Assembly: GCA_047495785.1 (NCBI GenBank)
Contig: JBLDXI010000024.1
Span: forward strand, 4,216,001-4,280,000
Direction of reading: 5' to 3'
Length of the DNA stretch: 64,000 nt
Source: Lepidodermella squamata
Lineage: Eukaryota > Animalia > Gastrotricha
The notes under the pieces were generated by a model that worked only from the letters and a program-made list of their open reading frames with translations, made no database searches and was not told the origin of the DNA. Positions 36,978 through 49,966 of the stretch are shown piece after piece. The translations under genes were made by a program, and so were the position numbers. How positions within the stretch are numbered: the first letter of the stretch is position 1; every line of letters begins with the position of its first letter.

Positions 36978-39900
36978 CTATACAGTAGGAGAAGAATCTG
37001 TATTGTTTGAAGATTGTTTCTTTCTCGACGTTCTGGTGATTTGTGTTCTTCGAGTGTGTGCCTTGCCGGATTTCGGCGATGTTTGAACAACGGGGTTGGC
37101 GAAAGTTACACGCGTGCGAAGGTTATACGGCTGTTGTACGACCGTAGCGTCAAGATCTGACTTATTGAGCGAGTAGTTTCTGTCGGAGGTGACGCTAGTA
37201 GAGGACTTTTCAGGCGTCGTCACGCTTGATTGATTTTTCTCGGGTGACGAGGCTGGGCGGTGTTGCGGGGCCACTGATTGCGGTTGGACAGGTGGTACAA
37301 GGCTAACCAAGTCCATGTCGAACTGGAATGGTGTTGGTCGTCGGTGGAATCCTGGCGATGCTGTCAAATGGCCAGTGTTTTGCATTCGAAATTTGTGGGC
37401 TGGTGTTGACGTTATTATTGGACTGAAATGGTCGATGTTTGACGGTGCTGACATGGATGAATGGCGATTATCTTCGTCTGAGGTAGACGGTGCTGGCCCA
37501 GTTATTATTGGCGGTGACGGCATTCTGGGCGGTGTTTCAGGCAATTCCGACGTGCTTGGGGTACGTCGTCGCGGTACCGGTGGCGTTGTTGGCGTCGTAG
37601 TCGCCGACGTCGCGGTTGACGGCGTTGTACTTGCGGTCGTTGTAGTCGGTGTTGTGCTTGTAGAAGTCGCCGTTGTAGTACCCGAACTGGCCGAGGTCGG
37701 CCTTTTCGAACTACGGAGTATGTACCCACCCGTCGTGAAATTGTTGTCACGGGTTGGCTCACGAACAACCTGGCGGCTAAGCGTCTGGCGAAGATCAGGT
37801 AACGGCGACGCAGCGGCGGCGGGCGGACGCGGCGCAGTCGACGCAGGTGCTGATGCGGCCGCAGCGCCGGGCGGCGCAGTAGACTTGGTAGCGCTCTTTG
37901 TCGACGAACGGGCCGACTGTTGCGCTTGTGAATAGCGATCAGCCGTGGGGAAATCGCGCAACCAGGCCAACTTGAGGCGGTTGCGATGGGCAAGGATATC
38001 ACGACCGGACAGGTCAAAGAAGCGAATAGCGTAAGTAACGGGCGAAACTCGAGCCACGACGGAATACGGGCCCTTGTAGCGAGATGCGAATTTCGGTATC
38101 ACATCGGGCCGGTTACTTGGCACGTGGAGGTAGACAAGATCACCGATATCGAACGGCTCGCAATTTCCTGAACTGCGATCATAGCGCTCTTTCTCACGAG
38201 CACGCGCGAGTTGGAAACGAGTTCGAACGTCGTCGAAAGCGCGACGGAGTTAGTCATACAAGCCGTAGGCATGATTTTCACGCAACTCGCTCTGAGTCTT
38301 GGGCTGGGACGCAGGCTTCTCGGCGGAGCACTGCCAGTCCATAGCCAACTTGGGCATGTGACCTAGCATAAGATATGCTGGTGGGTGGCGATGAGTCGAA
38401 TGGTGAGACGAATTGTAGCCGGAGCAGCAGGCCTTGACGAAGCGGCACCAGTCGAGGCGCTGGCCGGGCACGACGTATTTCGCGATGCAGTTATTCATGA
38501 CTAAATTCAAGTGTTCGCAATGGCCGTTAGTCTGCTGGTGATAGGCGGAGCTTTTAATACGACGAATCGCAAACGCATCAGTCACGTCCTCGATGAGCTT
38601 GGAGATGAAGTAGCGGGCGTTGTCATTGAGCAAAGCACGCGGGCTACCGAAAATGTAGATCCAGTCGAGCAACTTCTCAATCACGGTTTCGGACTTAATA
38701 TCCGGAATGGGCTCCCATAGCGTGAAGCCACTGAAATGATCGGAAATGATGAGAATATAGCGCATTCCACGACGAGACGTAGGGTATGGACCGGCTACGT
38801 CCCAGGTGAGAAGCTCATTCACGTCATGCGAAAAGATGGGCTCCATCGGAGCACGCGGGTGTTTCACAGGGTGATCACGAATTTGGCACACCGCACATGA
38901 TTTGACGTATTCAGCAGTAATTTCCTCGTAATTGCGGAAATAGAATCGATCTTTTAAGGTGGATAGGGTGCGTTCAACGCCGAAATGACATTTCTCGTCA
39001 TGCATAGCGTGAAGCACGGTGACGATGAGATTCTCAGGTACGACGATCTGGTAACCCGATTCAGAGGCAGGGTAGTAGCGACACAACAAGCCATCAGGCG
39101 CTATGAAATACTTGCTACGCTGCTTTTGATTGTGACGAAGGCGGCGTTTCTTGGAGCGACAACGACGATCGGCGGCTTGCGCCGAAATCAAAACATCGCG
39201 AGTCAAGTTAACGCCACAGGGCGTGAGGGAGCGGAACGGGTCGCCCTCGTTGTACGCGTTCTCGTCGACAACAACGTCGTCATCGAAAGTAAGATCGGAT
39301 GTCATAGCGTTGATGGAAGCCGGGAGTGGCGTAGCTCGATCAGGCATACGCGACATCGCATCGGCATTCGCATGAGTTGAACCTCGGCGCGTTATTATAT
39401 TCAGCGGATATTGTTGTAGGCGTAGCGGCCGGCTCAGCAATGCCGTGTTTAACCCAGTCTTGTATTTCCTTCTCAACCATTTCCCTCTCATGATGCGACT
39501 GACGCCGAAGCGGCTGAATGAACGGCGGGCCTTCGACCTTGACCTTGAACTCAAGGGCATCGCACAGGCCGACATCCAGCCTATGGCGCGCGAAACAATC
39601 CTTGAATTCGCTTAACAAACTACGCATTCTACGGCGTTCATCAGTGGATAGTTCCGACTTTTCCAAGTCGACATCGGGCTCCCAGTCATCGCGGGCGTCG
39701 GCCGGCGGCGGCGACGGCCGTTTGGATGACTGGCGGTTACGATCAGCGCCTATTATGTCTATGTGGACACCCTCGACGAGAAAGGCGGCGACTTTTTGGC
39801 CTTTATAGATTTTCACAGGTGATCGCCCGGGGTTGAGTAACTCGACCCAAATACGACCCTCATCATCTACCTTGGAAAGTGAGCGTGAGACGACGAAGTC

Positions 39901-40587
39901 GCGCTCATGATTTTGCGTGTCGCTAGGCTCGTCATGTAAGTTATCACTAACGACGGTTTTTCCCGTAAGACCATGACCCGTAATGCGTGCACGGACGCGG
40001 ATGGGCTTACCCGGCGGAAGAACTACATCATCCAAAGACGCTGCACGCAAATCCGGATGCGTGACTGCGTTTATGGCGTACGGTGAATACGGCGCGGCGT
40101 GTAACGGAATAGAACCCGCGTCATCACGCAGAAAAATAACATTACGAGAATTGCTTATACTGTCGGCGAACTTGTACGTAAAATCGTGACCTAACAAGCC
40201 GTCGGCATGCAAATTCCGAATGAAATAAAACTGGTGTAAAAATTCGTGTCTACCGAAGCGTATCGGGATAGTCGCCTTGCCCAAAACTTGCAAGGGCTGG
40301 TTATCAGGCCCGTTGGCTTTAGCGGGCTCAAGGCGAATACCAGGGTAAAGAAAGCGGGCATCGATGCAACTATGAGTCGCACCGGAATCGAGAAGCATGG
40401 CAACATGCCGAAGTGAGCAACTATCTTTTCCAGCGACGTCAACTAAATCCATGTGAGCGACGAGGCCGCTCGGAGCGTGTGAACAAGAAGAAGACGGTAA
40501 AGTAGTGACAGATGAAATAATAGCGGGACAGGTGGCATCGGCGGAGGCGTGTCCGGTCCCATCGGACGGCCTCCTTAATAGTTTAAA
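36978..40587 (-). pseudogene. pol: pol: aspartic protease, truncated RT start, deletion, end of RNase H, integrase (H2C2, DDE, GPY/F) with long S/T/P tail
   Basis: LLDSGAT; RT N-terminus ends at HGIAEPA and jumps at about 39428 to LRLQQY..HANADAMSR; HDEKCHFG..CAVCQ, WDVAGP, NDNARYF, EHLN; in-frame TAA at 38250-38252; YKGPY. Confidence 0.9.
40525..40587 (-). promoter_or_regulatory. -1 programmed ribosomal frameshift signal (U UUA AAC plus stem/pseudoknot) between gag and pol
   Basis: TTTAAAC just before the gag stop; 6-nt spacer; stems GGAGGC/GCCTCC and GTCCG/CGGAC; loop GGGAC complementary to downstream GTCCC; the -1 frame is open into the protease ORF. Confidence 0.8.
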
Positions 40588-42010
40588 TGATCGCCACGCT
40601 GTTCACGCGCGTCATAAGACAAACGCGGCTGATAATCACGATCGCGCGACGGAGTACGGCGCATGCCGCGCTGATGATAGGGCGAGTGACTAGAACGGTA
40701 GTCATCGCGAGAACGACACTGGTCGGCGTAATGACCAGGGCGGCGGCATTTATCGCAAACAGGGGTGCGAGGACGGCGATCGTCCCGCTGTTGTAGCAAG
40801 TCGCGCATCTTGGAACGGCACTCGGCCTCGACATGGCCGGGCTTCGAGCAATAATAGCAGGACGGGCGCGAACCACCACGCCGATTATCATTATTAGAAG
40901 TGTGGTTATTATTATTACCGTTATCGCGGCTGCGGTAGGTTGTTGTAATTACCACGGCCCTTGTCGCCGTAGCTCGGCTTGTTGCGACCAAGCTCCTGAA
41001 CCTGCGCGGTCAGCGCGTTGACAGCTTGAATTAGCGCCGTTTCGGTCGGCTCAGCCTTAACGACGGCGGCAGCAGCAGGCGGCGCCGCAGCGGCGGGCGC
41101 AGGCGCAGGCGGTGCCAACGAGGCGGCCGCGCCTGGCGCGTAGTGCGGGGCGAGCGCGACCGGGGCCGGCGGCACGTACAGCGGCGTACCTAGCGAAGTC
41201 GCCGTCACGTGGGTGACCGGCGGCGGCGGGGCGCCAGGCAGGCCAATGGGAAAACCGGCATGGTTAAGGCCGAATGACGGCTGAGCATAAGGCTGGGGAT
41301 ACGAGGGAGTGTAAGAGACATGGCCGAATCCGGCTGGAAGCAGGGCCGACGCGGATCGAGGTATCCGCGACCTCGGCGAGGCGCAATAACTCCTCGCACG
41401 TCTGAGGTACGCCAAGCATAGCCATACGCTCACGAATAGCAGGCAAAATGCCGAAATAGACCCGATTAACAAGGTCCTTGCTAGTGTTTTCGGGTTCGCC
41501 ACGCCCGGAATCAATCCACAAACGGCGAATAACGTCATAATACTGGCGAACGGTCTCGCCAGGGTATTTTGGGCGAGAATAAAACTGCATTGAGGCTAAC
41601 ACGGTGTCCGGCGCAAGGCCAGACGCGGCGAGAAGCGCCTTCCGCGCCTCATCAAAAGTAGTAAAACCCGAATAGTCAATAGTCGCCCACACCCGCTCAA
41701 GTTTGTTCGACAGAAACAAGGGCAGCATGTGGAGGACATGTTGTAACGGGTGTAAGTGATTATCAGTGTCGCAAATGTAAGGCGCGACTTTAGCAAAACG
41801 ACCCCAGGACGAAACGAACTCGTCGTAGGAATCGCCAGAAATCTGGCCGACACGCACGAGCGCCAGCTCGATAGGCATGGCGAAGGCGGCGGCCGCAGTA
41901 GTAGGCGCCGGCGGCGCGGGACGGCCAGGCGCAGCGCTCGTGGCCACGCCAAAACCGGGAACACCACCAGACAGAGCAGACCCAGCAGGGCCGGAGGAGC
42001 CGGATGCCAT
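40575..42010 (-). pseudogene. gag: gag (capsid-like, Pro/Ala-rich linker, two CCHC zinc knuckles) with two frameshifts
   Basis: ETVRQYY..IRRL capsid-like motif; CYYCSKPGHVEAEC and CDKCRRPGHYADQC; coding moves across three frames at about 41350 and 40950. Confidence 0.85.
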
Positions 42011-42064
42011 TAGACCGTAAAAACGAGAAAATGAGTGTGATGTGGCGGTAAAAGCAACGAAAAA

Positions 42065-42079
42065 CCACTTCTGACACCA
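42065..42079 (-). promoter_or_regulatory. Primer-binding site complementary to a tRNA-Leu 3' end
   Basis: TGGTGTCAGAAGTGG, 7 nt inside the 5' LTR boundary; matches the known eukaryotic tRNA-Leu(CAA) end CCACTTCTGACACCA. Confidence 0.85.
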
Positions 42080-42086
42080 AAAATAG

Positions 42087-42281
42087 TGTAATATCCGGCA
42101 CGGTACGGATACCACACGGGTTCGATATAGAGAGTAAATAACAGTCAGGCAGAAATGATCCAAAACTCCTCATTTTATTGTTATTGTGTTTCAGTATTTA
42201 TACTGCGGCACGCAGGCCGCTTATTGGTTGGTATGCGGACCAATCGCGCTCGACTTGCGTGTCGCGCGTCCGCATAGCACA
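42087..42281 (-). repeat. 5' LTR (195 bp)
   Basis: Identical to 34449-34643. Confidence 0.95.
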
Positions 42282-43592
42282 ATACGAATAATAAAATGTT
42301 AAAACCCAATTTTGAGAATTGTTAATTTTTGGCTAATTAAGTTATTTCCAATGCCGCTCCTTTGATGAGCGTCATGGTGTGTATAAATAATGCTAAAATT
42401 TAGGATCGGGATTGTTATAGATTACATGCGGGTGTATAATTACAGGGCAAAACTGTGGGTAAATTTAGCGCGCTCGCTTGGCCCCCTTTCACGTTTCATG
42501 CGGCACAGCTAAGCGCAGGTGTGTGTTGCAAACGAGGCGAAAGTAATCCTACAATAATCGTCAAAGCGCCTATGCCACTGAAAAAAGCCGAGTGAACACG
42601 ATTACATGGTGAGATTTTAGGCGAAATTGAGACATGGATAAATAGAACGAGGCGAGATGTGCAGGGTCTGTGATGGAAATACTGAAAGGGACGCTATAGT
42701 CCGCGAACTCATTTATACAACACTGACGCATACGCAATGCTAGGTGTATTATCGATCATATTACTATTAATATGATATACAATATATGTATGTGCGATTG
42801 TTGTAAGCTGTGGACAGCCCGACAACAACAATAAAAATGCGTGCCGCTGATGATAAGCCCCTTTTCAGTATGCGTGCGTGAGCCTGCGCTCTAGTAATAA
42901 TAAAAGTGCGCGCGTGTACTAGCGCGCTCACTGCTGCTGCGGCTGCAGATAGGCGCTGACCTTTGTGCTGACCGCCGCTCTCCGCTCTCATATAGGCTCA
43001 TTCTGCGTGTGTTGTGCGCCGTGAGTGGCTACTGCGGAGGCGCGGATCTGGCAAACACACAGACACACATGCATATGCGCGTTACATAATGCGCGCATAC
43101 ACAAGTCACCGCGCATGCTGTAATGGTGACGACCTCGCCCTGCCCGCTCGCTTCATATGAGGTGACTATGCATGACGATGCTGATGATGACGACGAGAAT
43201 ACTGGAAGGGGCGCAATGAATAAAAATAATGCTCGTGGGGCAATAATTGTGGACTGTCAATGTAGGATTTGTTTTTATCAAAAATACGTCGAAGCAAAAA
43301 TTTTTAGCCCTATTTTTGGCCAACGTGTGATGCTGGCTAGTTGACTGAAGCTAATCAGCAAATATACAGACCGTGGCGATTCACGCGAAACATTCACTCT
43401 TTTAAAATCGTCTTGCGCGCGGTGAAGTAATGAGGGTTTATGCTGAGATAAATCGACATAGTGGTAAAATGTCAGTATTCTCTGCGAAAAATGCGAAAAA
43501 GTTACTAAATCCTTCCCGCCTGGAATCTTTCTTTTTTTCTCTTTTGCGCGATTTCTCGGCTTCAGGAAAATGCTAGCGCTAGGAAAAACTTA

Positions 43593-44535
43593 TGGTGTTT
43601 TCACAAATGCGTCCGACGAGCGTCCGACGTTTTCGGCGTCCGAAGTTTCATAATAGGCGTCCGAAGTAGCGTAATAGTTGTCCGACGTTTAGATTTCCTT
43701 TCACAAACGCGCGCACTTCGGCCCGCGCGCCCGAAGTTCAAACAATAGCGCGTCCGACGCGGCGCGCGCACGCACAACAAAGAACGTCGGATCGGAGGCC
43801 CCCAAAACTACCGTCCGAAGTGCGTCCGAACCGAAGCTTGTAGCGCGCGCTATTATTACACGCGCGCGGACATTCGACTGCTTGACTGGCTGTAAAACAC
43901 TCGAGTCGTCTTGAGTTACGACGAGTCATGAAAATGAGTTCCAAATATACCAATCTTTCCATTTTTAATTTAAAGACGCGCACACCGAAATATAGAATTG
44001 TCCTCAAAAATATAGACCCAGTAGCTTGGCCAATTCGATATTTTACGGTATAACATTCGTAAATTGTTTATATCTGAACTCGCCGCACTCGATTTACTCA
44101 TCTCAACTCGCCTCCGTCTCGTTTCGATTCGTAAATCTCGGTCGGCTCCGTTCAGAAATGAACTCTTTACTCATGTTATACCATACAAAAGTAAGGCCGG
44201 CAAAACCGCGCTCGGCGCGGCAAGAAAAACTTGATTGTATGCAAATCATGCGTGTCAATCACATACTTTTTCGATGAAATTTAGGTTTTCATGATCCGCA
44301 TCGCATTTCACGTCTCATTACTTAGTTGAATTCAGCATTTAAGCTAAAATGACCCCTGCCACTGTCATGCCCGCGCGCTTAAGTGCGTGACACCCAGCAA
44401 CTTCGGCGACTGAACAGCAGACTTCGGGCGCCCGACCGCGCGCGCGCGCGTCCGAAGTGCCACTGATAACGCTTTTATGAAACTTCGGACGCCGAAAACG
44501 TCGGACGCTCGTCGGACGCATTTGTGAAAACACCA
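43593..44535. mobile_element. PIF/Harbinger-like MITE
   Basis: About 60-bp TIRs TGGTGTTTTCACAAATGCGTCCGACGAGCGTCCGACG...; 3-bp TSD TTA; repeated GTCCGA motifs. Confidence 0.88.
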
Positions 44536-45506
44536 TTATGGTTCTCAAACACCACGGTGAGGTTTTGAATGACTATTTGCAGATAAGCTGCTGCCATAGT
44601 TCTCACTCGAGAGTTGATGGCTGCAGTATTTTATATCACGATATTGCGGGGGTGGGTGACAGAGCGACTTGCATAGAATAGAAACAGATGGCGCATTTGA
44701 TGCACAGAAATTTTTTTCTTTTTTAAGTTAGTTTTACGCCATTTGTTTCTATTCCTAGGCAAGTCTTTCCTGCCCTATCACCGACTGCATTTGTTGATCC
44801 TCGAAATGTTGAAGCAAGCTTTGTGGCCCTACGCTTGATAGCTGATATCGTTGGCAGCGCGGCAGAAGGAACCTCTAGGCTGGTTTAATTTTATTGTCAA
44901 TTTTACCGCCAACGACGTTGCACTTAGTCCGACCTACTTTTTATATTTTGTTTATTCAAAAAGCTTTCACTAAACACGCCGGCAAGACGCTTTCCGTTTT
45001 CCACTATCACAACTTGTTGAAGATACGTGTTCATTAAGGCTAAGTATGTTTTTTATCGCCACAGAATGCATAACATGCATATTTATTACATTTGACGACT
45101 GTTAACAAGTGAAAAGTGGGGTTTGGGGAAATCTTTGACATCGTGAGATTTTGCCGACGCTCTAAGAATTCGATGCAATCAAGGTAATGCTTGCACGTAG
45201 GTCGAAATCGATAAGCCGTTTCGGCGAAACTTTGGGATCTAATGTCTTTGAGGTGGACGGGAACCTCCTAGAGGTCTCATTTCCTTTTTAATTCAAAATC
45301 TTCGAGAAAATCTAAGTAAGGAAATGTAGGAATCGTCCTACTTGAAGTCAACGCACTACAGAAAATGCGCAAAACCCCTTTTTCACTTTTTAAGGGTCGT
45401 TTCATTCAACTTACTTTTACAACTTCTTATTATTATCATTTTTACTATTACTACATTAGTATCCACATAGTATTAGATGACACGATACCTACAAGATAAA
45501 GAAGGC

Positions 45507-47799
45507 ATGTTTGTTGACGTTAAATTGCTGCATTTTTATGGCACCTGTAGCCTGTTGTTCAACTTTCCGTCAGTACTTGAACATTTGTATATGGATCGGA
45601 CAATTTTTTTCGACTGCATTAACTTTTACCGCCTGACGTCATAAAAACAAGCCTAGAGGTTCCTTCTGCCGCGCCGCCAACGATATATTCAACGCAAGAA
45701 AGGACATTCTCAGCGATTACACGATCGAGTTTGACCTTCGAGATGAATTCATCGGATTCCAAGCGGCTTCACGCTTGATTTCTTACCAGAGAGATGACAC
45801 CGTACTGCAAGCACCTATTATGGGTGGGCCGGCCTTATCAACAGGATGTAAGGCAATCGGACCCATTCTGAAATATGTTCATATGGTAACGTTAGCAACA
45901 TATTGTGGGGCGCCGTTTCTTGCGAACAGCAAACTGTATCCTAATCTGTTTCTTTCCCAATCAACCGCGAAGAATGTTGCGATGGCTATGATAGCGTTCA
46001 TTCAACGAATCGGCGCATGGCGAAGGGTGGCTTTGATTGGAGCAACTGATAACCCAGCCGACTTTATCACAGCCCTGTTTTTCCATGATAAAGCGACTTC
46101 ACTTGGCATTGAAGTTCCATTTTTCGATGTTATGAACGACGCAACACCAGTTCGTGGAGAAGGTGAAAGAGTCAGGCCTTCGCGTCTTCGTCCTAACCCT
46201 GGGTAGCTCTTCTGTGGTTCCAAGGTTCATTTGCCAAGCTTTCAAAGCTGGACTATCTGGGCCTCGCTATGTATTCCTTTCGCTCATATCCGGATTCTCG
46301 CTATCCCCGTCGCCTGGGTGTCCTTTGGAGATTTTAACGACACAATACCGTCAAACGTTCTACTTCGGAAATGCTGTGAAACCTATCAATCCTAAATTGG
46401 TGGTTGATTCGGGGCTCACAGCGGAAGAATTTGATGCTCGGATGAGCCGTGCGACGAATATGACCACCGATCAATATTTGACTGTGTTCCAACAACATGA
46501 CACCTTATCCGCAGTGGTTTTAGCACTCAATGAAACTGAGCGTAGGCTGAAAGCTGAATTTAACCTGTCACTTAGCGATTATCCAAGGAAGCCGGAAATT
46601 GTTGCTGATATCGCTAGACAGTCGGTTTTAGCATCGGAACCTGTTGGATTTCGAGTGGGGAAGATCTCCTATAGTTCTAGTGGACAAATATTGGGTGACA
46701 TTCAAACTGTGACGCAATACAGCGTTTCCTCGGGCATGCATACTGCTTATCTCGTCGAGCAAAGTGGAAACAAATCGCTGGGTGATGAATTTGATTTGAA
46801 GAGATTCTCGCTGAGAAAAGACGCCGGGTCACAGTGGATAGCAGCAACTACACCGTTAGACCAGCCTCGGATAATCAACAACACTATTGGGGTACTTGAA
46901 TCAGTCCTGGTAATTATTTGGGTTCTCATTACAATAGCAGCATTGCTACAAGTCTCAGGATTCTACCTGATCACCTTCAATAAACGTGGGTCTTGGAATT
47001 ACAGAAAATCGAAGCTCATTTTCTTGACCGGATGTATAATTTTGGTTGTCTCATCAGCTCTTTTTTCGATTAACCGGTACGAATGTAGCTCATCTCTGGA
47101 AGTAGCGTCGTACTTCACTTTATTCCTGGGCTTAGCGATTTTATGCAGTAATGTTTCGGCTAGATTCTGCGCTATTTATGTTTATGTGAAAAGAGCTGTT
47201 GGGGATAAGCGCAGTTTGACTCGGGCCTCCTCGTCCGCTCCGATGTCCTTCTCTCATTCCAAAACTAAATATTCCTTACAGTTCGGGACGGAATTATTTT
47301 TAAATTTGACGGGCAAATTGTGAATTCATCATTGATTATAACAGCTCTGGATGCAGTTATGTTGACTGTATGGGCAGCAACTCAGCAAGTTGACTGCAGC
47401 TTGATATCGTATTATCAAACAATTTACGTTGAAATCATGAACACTGTAGAAAAGACTTGGTACTTCAAATGCTCCTTGAAAGGTATTTCAGCCCTAGGCT
47501 TTCTCGGTGCATGTGGTGCCATTCAATTGATCGAACTTTCTGCTGCGCTGTTAATGGCTTTTCAATTGAAACAAATTCAAGGACTAGCAGAGAATTGCCG
47601 CGAGTTTCTGGCATCGGCGATATCAGCCCTGGCTAGCGCTACTATTTTGCCCGCTGCTTGTCTTATATTTGTGATTCTGGATGAAAGTCCGACTAAGCAG
47701 CAAGCTGCGATCAGTCTGATTTCCGTAATTTTCTCAATTTTGCAGTCGGTTCTATGGCTTTATCCTGCTTTGAAACGATTAGTGCATGGGAGAACTTGA
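45507..47799 (+). pseudogene. Class C GPCR, GABA-B-receptor-like (Venus flytrap plus 7TM), frameshifted
   Basis: FNARKDILSDYTI, LANSKLYPNLF, GAWRRVALI, ICQAFKAGLSGPRYVF and seven hydrophobic helices; frame breaks in the 5' region (before about 45670), at about 46155 and about 47320. Start position uncertain. Confidence 0.75.
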
Positions 47800-48119
47800 A
47801 TTGCTCCGCAGATACAAGAAACCGAAATGGATCTAACACAATCTTAATGATGAATTGTATTTTGAATGCTGTATTGTAAATGTGTTAGCATTCCTAATTA
47901 CCCATTTTTATTCGTGCATTGTAGACCCAGCAATAACATAACCCCGGACCTCAGGTAGTAAAACATACAAAATATCGAGAAATTTTTTAGTTTTCTAAGT
48001 TCAGCTGAACAGATTCCACAGGTACAGAGTTACACGTTATCAACAATTTCTTACAGGTTGATTATCAAAAGGACAATTAAAGAAAATTGGAAAATCTACA
48101 TTTTTTTAAGCTACACAAT

Positions 48120-49149
48120 TTATAGTGGTTGGCATATAGCGCCAGTCAAGTCAGTACCACAGCCAACATCGTCCCAGACACCTGTATGGCTGATTCGTGT
48201 GCATGTAGTTCCACCGGCACAGCCGAAACCATCTGGCTGGCCGGGCGGCCAGCTCGAATAACTAAAAGCAGCGTTGTTGCTTTGCCAACGGAATGCACCA
48301 TCTCTATTGACGCCTCCAAGCCAGAATCCATTGCAGCCCCAACCTGGGTTATAATTTGCTGTTTTAACTGGGAAAAATGTGGCTATAATAATGTCAAAAA
48401 CATCTTTAAGGATACCTTACCAGCTATGAGAACTCGAACAGCTTCTTGCTCCACAGCATTGGTTATCTCAGCCTGTTTCCCGCCTTTCTGCTTGCAAACT
48501 TCCACGGCACTTAAACCAATTCATAATTTGTCTACCAAATAAACGTCTCCTCGGAAACCACGGCAACTTTGGCAATTGCACTTCTCCGCTTCGAATTAGG
48601 AAGAAACTTGGAATAGGCGCCTGAGAGGCATCCTGCATAATCGTACCATATGCCGGGTGCTTTCTCAGAGCTTCAAGAAGCTGAGTTTGGGCGAACTGAA
48701 ACTCTGCGTCTGAAATTCCGCGAGCTTCGTGGCCTACGACCTCGTGCCATACATCTGTACCACCGCCTTTCCACCACGGTTGCTTCTTAATGTGCTCGAC
48801 AACGATTTTTCGCTGAGCTGTGATAACTGCTTTCGATTCCAGTGTAGTTACCTCTGCGTTAATAGTGCGGTCCGCTGAGCGAGGAGCTTCAACTGCGATG
48901 GCGACGACGTAGGACATGTCATTCGGGCGAATTTCCTGGGAAAAACGCATGCCACTGTAGTCATCGCTACCGTGCATGAGTTGGGCAGCTCTGTCCAGAA
49001 AAGCTGATATTTGAGAGTTGTCCAGCCAGTCTGCACGAGAAGTAAGTTGTTCAACCAGCTTTTGTTTGATAACTGCGACCTACGACTGTTCAGCTGCGAG
49101 AGAAAACCTGCCCTCAATGAGAGCCGTAGAAATAGGCCCAAGCTCCATG
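48120..49149 (-). pseudogene. Unknown N-terminal domain fused to a QPD-type C-type lectin domain; premature TAG and a frameshift
   Basis: Last exon reads NPGWGCNGFWLGG...WPPGQPDG..C..WDDVGC..GAICQPL* (missed by the ORF track); MNWF/SAVEVCKQKGG half-domain is frameshifted; TAG at 49080-49082. Confidence 0.7.
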
Positions 49150-49937
49150 GGAAGATCGTGAGCACTCGTTGAGCCGCTATTCTTTATCTATTCTGTTTTT
49201 TCTGCCCGTTAAAAACTATTAAATTTTAAAGGATAAGGAAAAGTGTTAACAATATTATTCATCAATACCGGAAGTAAACTTTTAATTTGCTGAATAAATT
49301 ACTTGTGCATGTGGCTGTTTTTATGGCGAACGTCACGTCCGTGCAATTTGTTTGCCCTTTTAAAATTGACCGTTCAATTTGAATGATTCAGAAAAAGCTT
49401 ACATACAATATTAGCTATAATACGCTACTTTTTTTTAAATTTTTTGTCATGCTGAAATAGCTGAATCCGCGAAATTACTGATTTCGGAACTTCACTGTTG
49501 AAATAAACAATAAACCCGCAAAACGTTGGTAACCCAGGCCTTCGATGTCTAATTATTATGAAATTTACTGGACGAATTTTGGCTATGATGTGACAGACCG
49601 GATGTTTTTTTTTCAACGGCAGTCCAAGTAATTAGAGAAGCGCCTGCGTGCATGGGGGCCGTTGAATATATTATTTCTAGCGCTGACAGGCTTTGGCTAA
49701 ACCGCGGCCACCTTGTGAATTGCTGGCACGTTTCTTTAGGTGGCGAAAAACTGCCTGACATTAGAAGTAAGCATAGTAAGGTTAAAGTAAAACTCGCGAA
49801 CATTCTAGTAGTCTGAAAATTCGAAAATAGACAAAAACAGGATGCTAATGACGACAATAAAATTTCAGCTGTTTTGCGGTTTCACTAATCACATTTTCCC
49901 AGAAGGTAGGACATATTCAGTTATGAATTATTATTGA

Positions 49938-49966
49938 ATTATTATTATTATTATTATTATTATTAT
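49938..49966. repeat. (TTA)n microsatellite
   Basis: About 9 tandem TTA units. Confidence 0.9.

Larger units (their letters stand above)
34449..42281 (-). mobile_element. Env-bearing Ty3/gypsy LTR retrotransposon, non-autonomous (RT and RNase H deleted)
   Basis: Identical TG..CA LTRs, 4-bp TSD ATAC, PBS, gag-PR-(deletion)-IN-env order. Confidence 0.95.

Noticed and set aside
37315-37935. 206-aa Val/Gly-rich plus-strand ORF and similar antisense ORFs across the window
   Set aside because: Shadow frames of Thr/Pro- or Cys-rich minus-strand coding sequence with no independent motifs.
38250-38252. Programmed read-through in integrase
   Set aside because: TAA with no evident read-through signal in an element with multiple other lesions.
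42065-42079. tRNA gene
   Set aside because: Only 15 nt match a tRNA end, positioned as a PBS; no cloverleaf.
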